From contig CM126209.1 in NCBI GenBank assembly GCA_052327205.1, positions 195,486,001-195,550,000 of the forward strand: 64,000 nt of DNA, written 5' to 3'. The position numbers were made by a program, and so were the translations under genes. The stretch's first letter is position 1; each line of letters opens with the position of its first letter. This DNA is from Somniosus microcephalus. Taxonomy: Eukaryota. The notes under the pieces are model-generated. The model was not told the origin of the DNA. It did not search any database and saw only the letters and a list, made by a program, of their open reading frames with translations. Positions 61,626-64,000 of the stretch are shown here, one piece after another.

Positions 61626-62331
61626 GGCCGAGAAATTCAGTGGGCTTTGCGCCCAGTTACCGCCCAAAGAGGGCTTCTGCGCCAGTCTGGAAACTTCGGG
61701 CTAAATTCAGTGACGCGCTAATTGCGGCGGTAGCCGGTAACGCTGCGCCGCCACCGATGACGTCAACGGTGTGCGCAGTGCCCCGGTTCCGCCCCGACAC
61801 CGGCCCAACCCCCATCTTCAGTAGCGGCCGCCTCTTCCGTGGCGGCCGCTAATAACATTCAGAGACCGGGTCCGTACTGCAGCCTTAGTGGGGCGCTTTA
61901 AGGTGGAGGTGTGGCCGGCCGCTTTTTCGGCGGCCGCCTGCCCGCACCTCCTTCCCCGGCCTCCTCCACCCCCCCCCCCCCCGGCGGCATTGCCGGCTGG
62001 TTTCCGGGAGCCCGGCACTTCTCCGTTGTGCCGGGCTCTTTTGCCGGCACTCGCGATTGGGGCTCCGGCTGTTGCAGGCACCTCCCCCTTAAGAGAGGGA
62101 GGAAGGCCTGCAGTACCGCAGCCTGCCGCTCCGCTGCGGGTGGCGCTGTGGCAACTAGCGCGCCGATATTCAGTTTCAGCGCCCCAAGCGGGGGCGGCCA
62201 CACCCTTGAACAGCGGCCGTCCTCGACTTGGGGCGCTGAAACTGAATATCCGATGGGCGCGAGTGGCTCCGCGCCCAGCGGTAAATTCTGGGCGCAAGCG
62301 AGCTGGCGGGGCTATACCTAATTTCTAGCCC
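61626..62331. mobile_element. Non-autonomous Harbinger-type MITE (706 bp, GC/CpG-rich) inserted in a CR1
   Basis: Ends GGCCGAGAAATT and AATTTCTAGCCC; AAA duplicated on both sides; the paralogous CR1 at about 63171-63196 shows the empty site; shares motifs with the 37.3-kb element. Confidence 0.9.
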
Positions 62332-62627
62332 AAAGCCTTCAGGCTTGTTTTTTTATAACACTTAGTCCTTTTAGAATTATTATTTACTGTGGCCCTGATT
62401 GATTTACACCCTTGATTTCTCTGCCTTCCACTTGCTTTTCTCCTTCCTGTCTTTTGCTTCTATCCTTGCTTCCCTCTCCTCTGTCTCCCTGCACAGGTTC
62501 CCAACCCCCTGCCATTTTAGTTTAAACCCTCCCTAACAGCACTAGCAAACACTCCCCCTGGGACATCGGTCCCGGTCCTGCCCAGGTGCAAACCGTCCAG
62601 TTTGTCTGGTCCCACCTCCCCTAGAAC

Positions 62628-63642
62628 ATAGAAGATAGGAGTAGGCCATTCGGCCCCTCAAGCCTGCTTCGCCATTCAATGCGATCATGGCCGATCATCC
62701 AAATTCAGTACCCGGTCCCTGCTTTGTCCCCATACCCCTTGATCCCTTTAGCCTTAAGAAATATATCCAACTCCTTCTTGAATATATTTAATGAACTGGC
62801 CTCCACCGCCTTCTGTGGTAGAGAGTTCCACAGGTTCACCACTCTGGGTGAAGAAAATCCTCCCCATTTCTACCCTTTATCCTTAGACTGTGTCCCCTGG
62901 TTCTGGACTCCCCGACCATCGAGAACATCCTTCCTGCATCTAGTCTGTCCAGTCCTGTCAGAATTTTATAAGTTTCAATGAGATCACCTCTCATTCTCCT
63001 AAACTCCAGCGAGTACAAGCCCAATCGACCCAATCTCTCCTCATACATCATTCCTGCCATCCCAGGAATCAGCCTGGTGAATCTTGGCTGAATTCCGTAA
63101 TCCCAACCAAATCATATTCGTTTACCTCTATTTGCGCAGCCAATTCATCCACCTTATTATGAATGCTCCTCGCATTAAGACACAAAGCCTTCAGGCTTAT
63201 TTTTTTAACGCTCTTAGACCTATTAGAATTATTATTTACTGTGGCCATGTTTGATTTAAACCGTTGATTTCTCTGACTGCCACTTTGGTTTTTCCCCTTC
63301 CTTTCTTTTGCTTTTATCATTGTTTCCCTTTCCTCTGTCCCCCTGCTCAGGTTCCCAACCCCCTGCCATCTTAGTTTAAACCCTCCCCCAGAGCACTAGC
63401 AAACACACCCCCTAGGACATCGGTTCCAGCCCTGCCCAGGTGCAAACTGTCCGGTTTGAACTGGTCCCACCTCCCCCAGAACCGGTTCCAATGCCCCAGG
63501 AACTTGAATCCCTCCCCCTGACACCATTCCTCTAGCCACGTATTCATCTGAAATATCTTTCTATTTCTACTCTGACTAGCACATGGCACTGGTAGCAATC
63601 CTGAGATTACTACCTTTGAGGTAGTAATCTCAGGATTGCTAC
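62628..63642 (-). mobile_element. Bipartite (internally deleted) CR1 nested in the ORF1 of the host CR1, with a 5' fold-back
   Basis: Tail, 3' UTR and RT C-terminus joined at about 63088 to the ORF2 start (GITE) and the ORF1 end (DSLHL); the host CR1 breaks at AGAAC 62627 and resumes at CAGTTCC 63643. Confidence 0.85.
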
Positions 63643-64000
63643 CAGTTCCAATGTCCCAGGAATTTGAATCCCTCCTCCTTGCACCATTGCTCTAGCCACG
63701 TATTCATCTGAAATATCCTTCTATTTCTACTCTGATTCGCACGTGGCACTGGTAGCAATCCTGAGATTACTACCTTTTGAGGTCCTATTTTTTAATTTAC
63801 CTCCTCACTCTCTATATTCAGCTTTTAGGATCTCATCCTGTTTTTTATCTATATCGTTGGTACCTATATGCACCACGACAACTGGCTGTTCACTCCCCCC
63901 CCCCCCCCCCCCCCCCCTCCAGAATGCCCTGCAGCCGCTCCAAGACATCCTTGCACCAGGGAGGCAACATACCATCCTGGAGTCTCATTTGTGGCCGCAG

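Larger units (their letters stand above)
58767..64000 (-). mobile_element. Near full-length CR1 LINE (ORF1 SGNH esterase plus ORF2 endonuclease-RT, frameshifted), interrupted at 61626-62331 and about 62628-63642; runs off the window
   Basis: ORF pieces LNARSIRNK/GITETW, MGDFN, SDHN, YLDFQKAFD and KFADD; ORF1 EQPVVVVHIGTNDI at about 63850-63891. Confidence 0.93.

Noticed and set aside
61640-62328. GC-rich ORFs or a CpG-island promoter of a neighbouring gene
   Set aside because: They lie wholly inside the 706-bp MITE; long ORFs on both strands are expected from high GC
63481-63783. Simple recent tandem duplication of about 140 bp
   Set aside because: The two units differ at roughly a dozen positions, and the second continues the host CR1 broken at 62627, so nested insertion fits better

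Overview
Vertebrate genomic DNA, almost certainly a cartilaginous fish: it carries shark-type CR1/L2 LINEs and SacSINE-like tRNA SINEs. The whole window lies inside ANKHD1 (MASK1) on the + strand. I traced 19 internal coding exons (8868-55898; 5352 nt = 1784 codons in one continuous frame). They cover the linker, the second ankyrin cluster, the basic NLS-like region, the KH domain and the Ser/Pro-rich C-terminal region; the first and last exons lie outside the window. The introns hold many transposons: a 4.1-kb two-gene PIF/Harbinger transposon (37300-41417), related Harbinger MITEs, three same-orientation Tc1/mariner (pogo/Tigger-like) MITEs carrying RFX X-box palindromes, a hAT MITE with an 8-bp TSD, and a nested CR1 cluster at 58.1-64 kb. 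I found no wholly new gene system. The best leads are: (1) a Harbinger lineage that appears to make AAA/TTT target duplications, with an empty-site control inside the window; (2) an internally deleted CR1 inserted into a sister CR1 with a perfect 28-bp fold-back at its 5' junction; (3) the X-box-bearing MITE triplet; (4) a GC-AG intron and tandem acceptors in ANKHD1. Gene and family assignments come from recalled motifs, not database searches.
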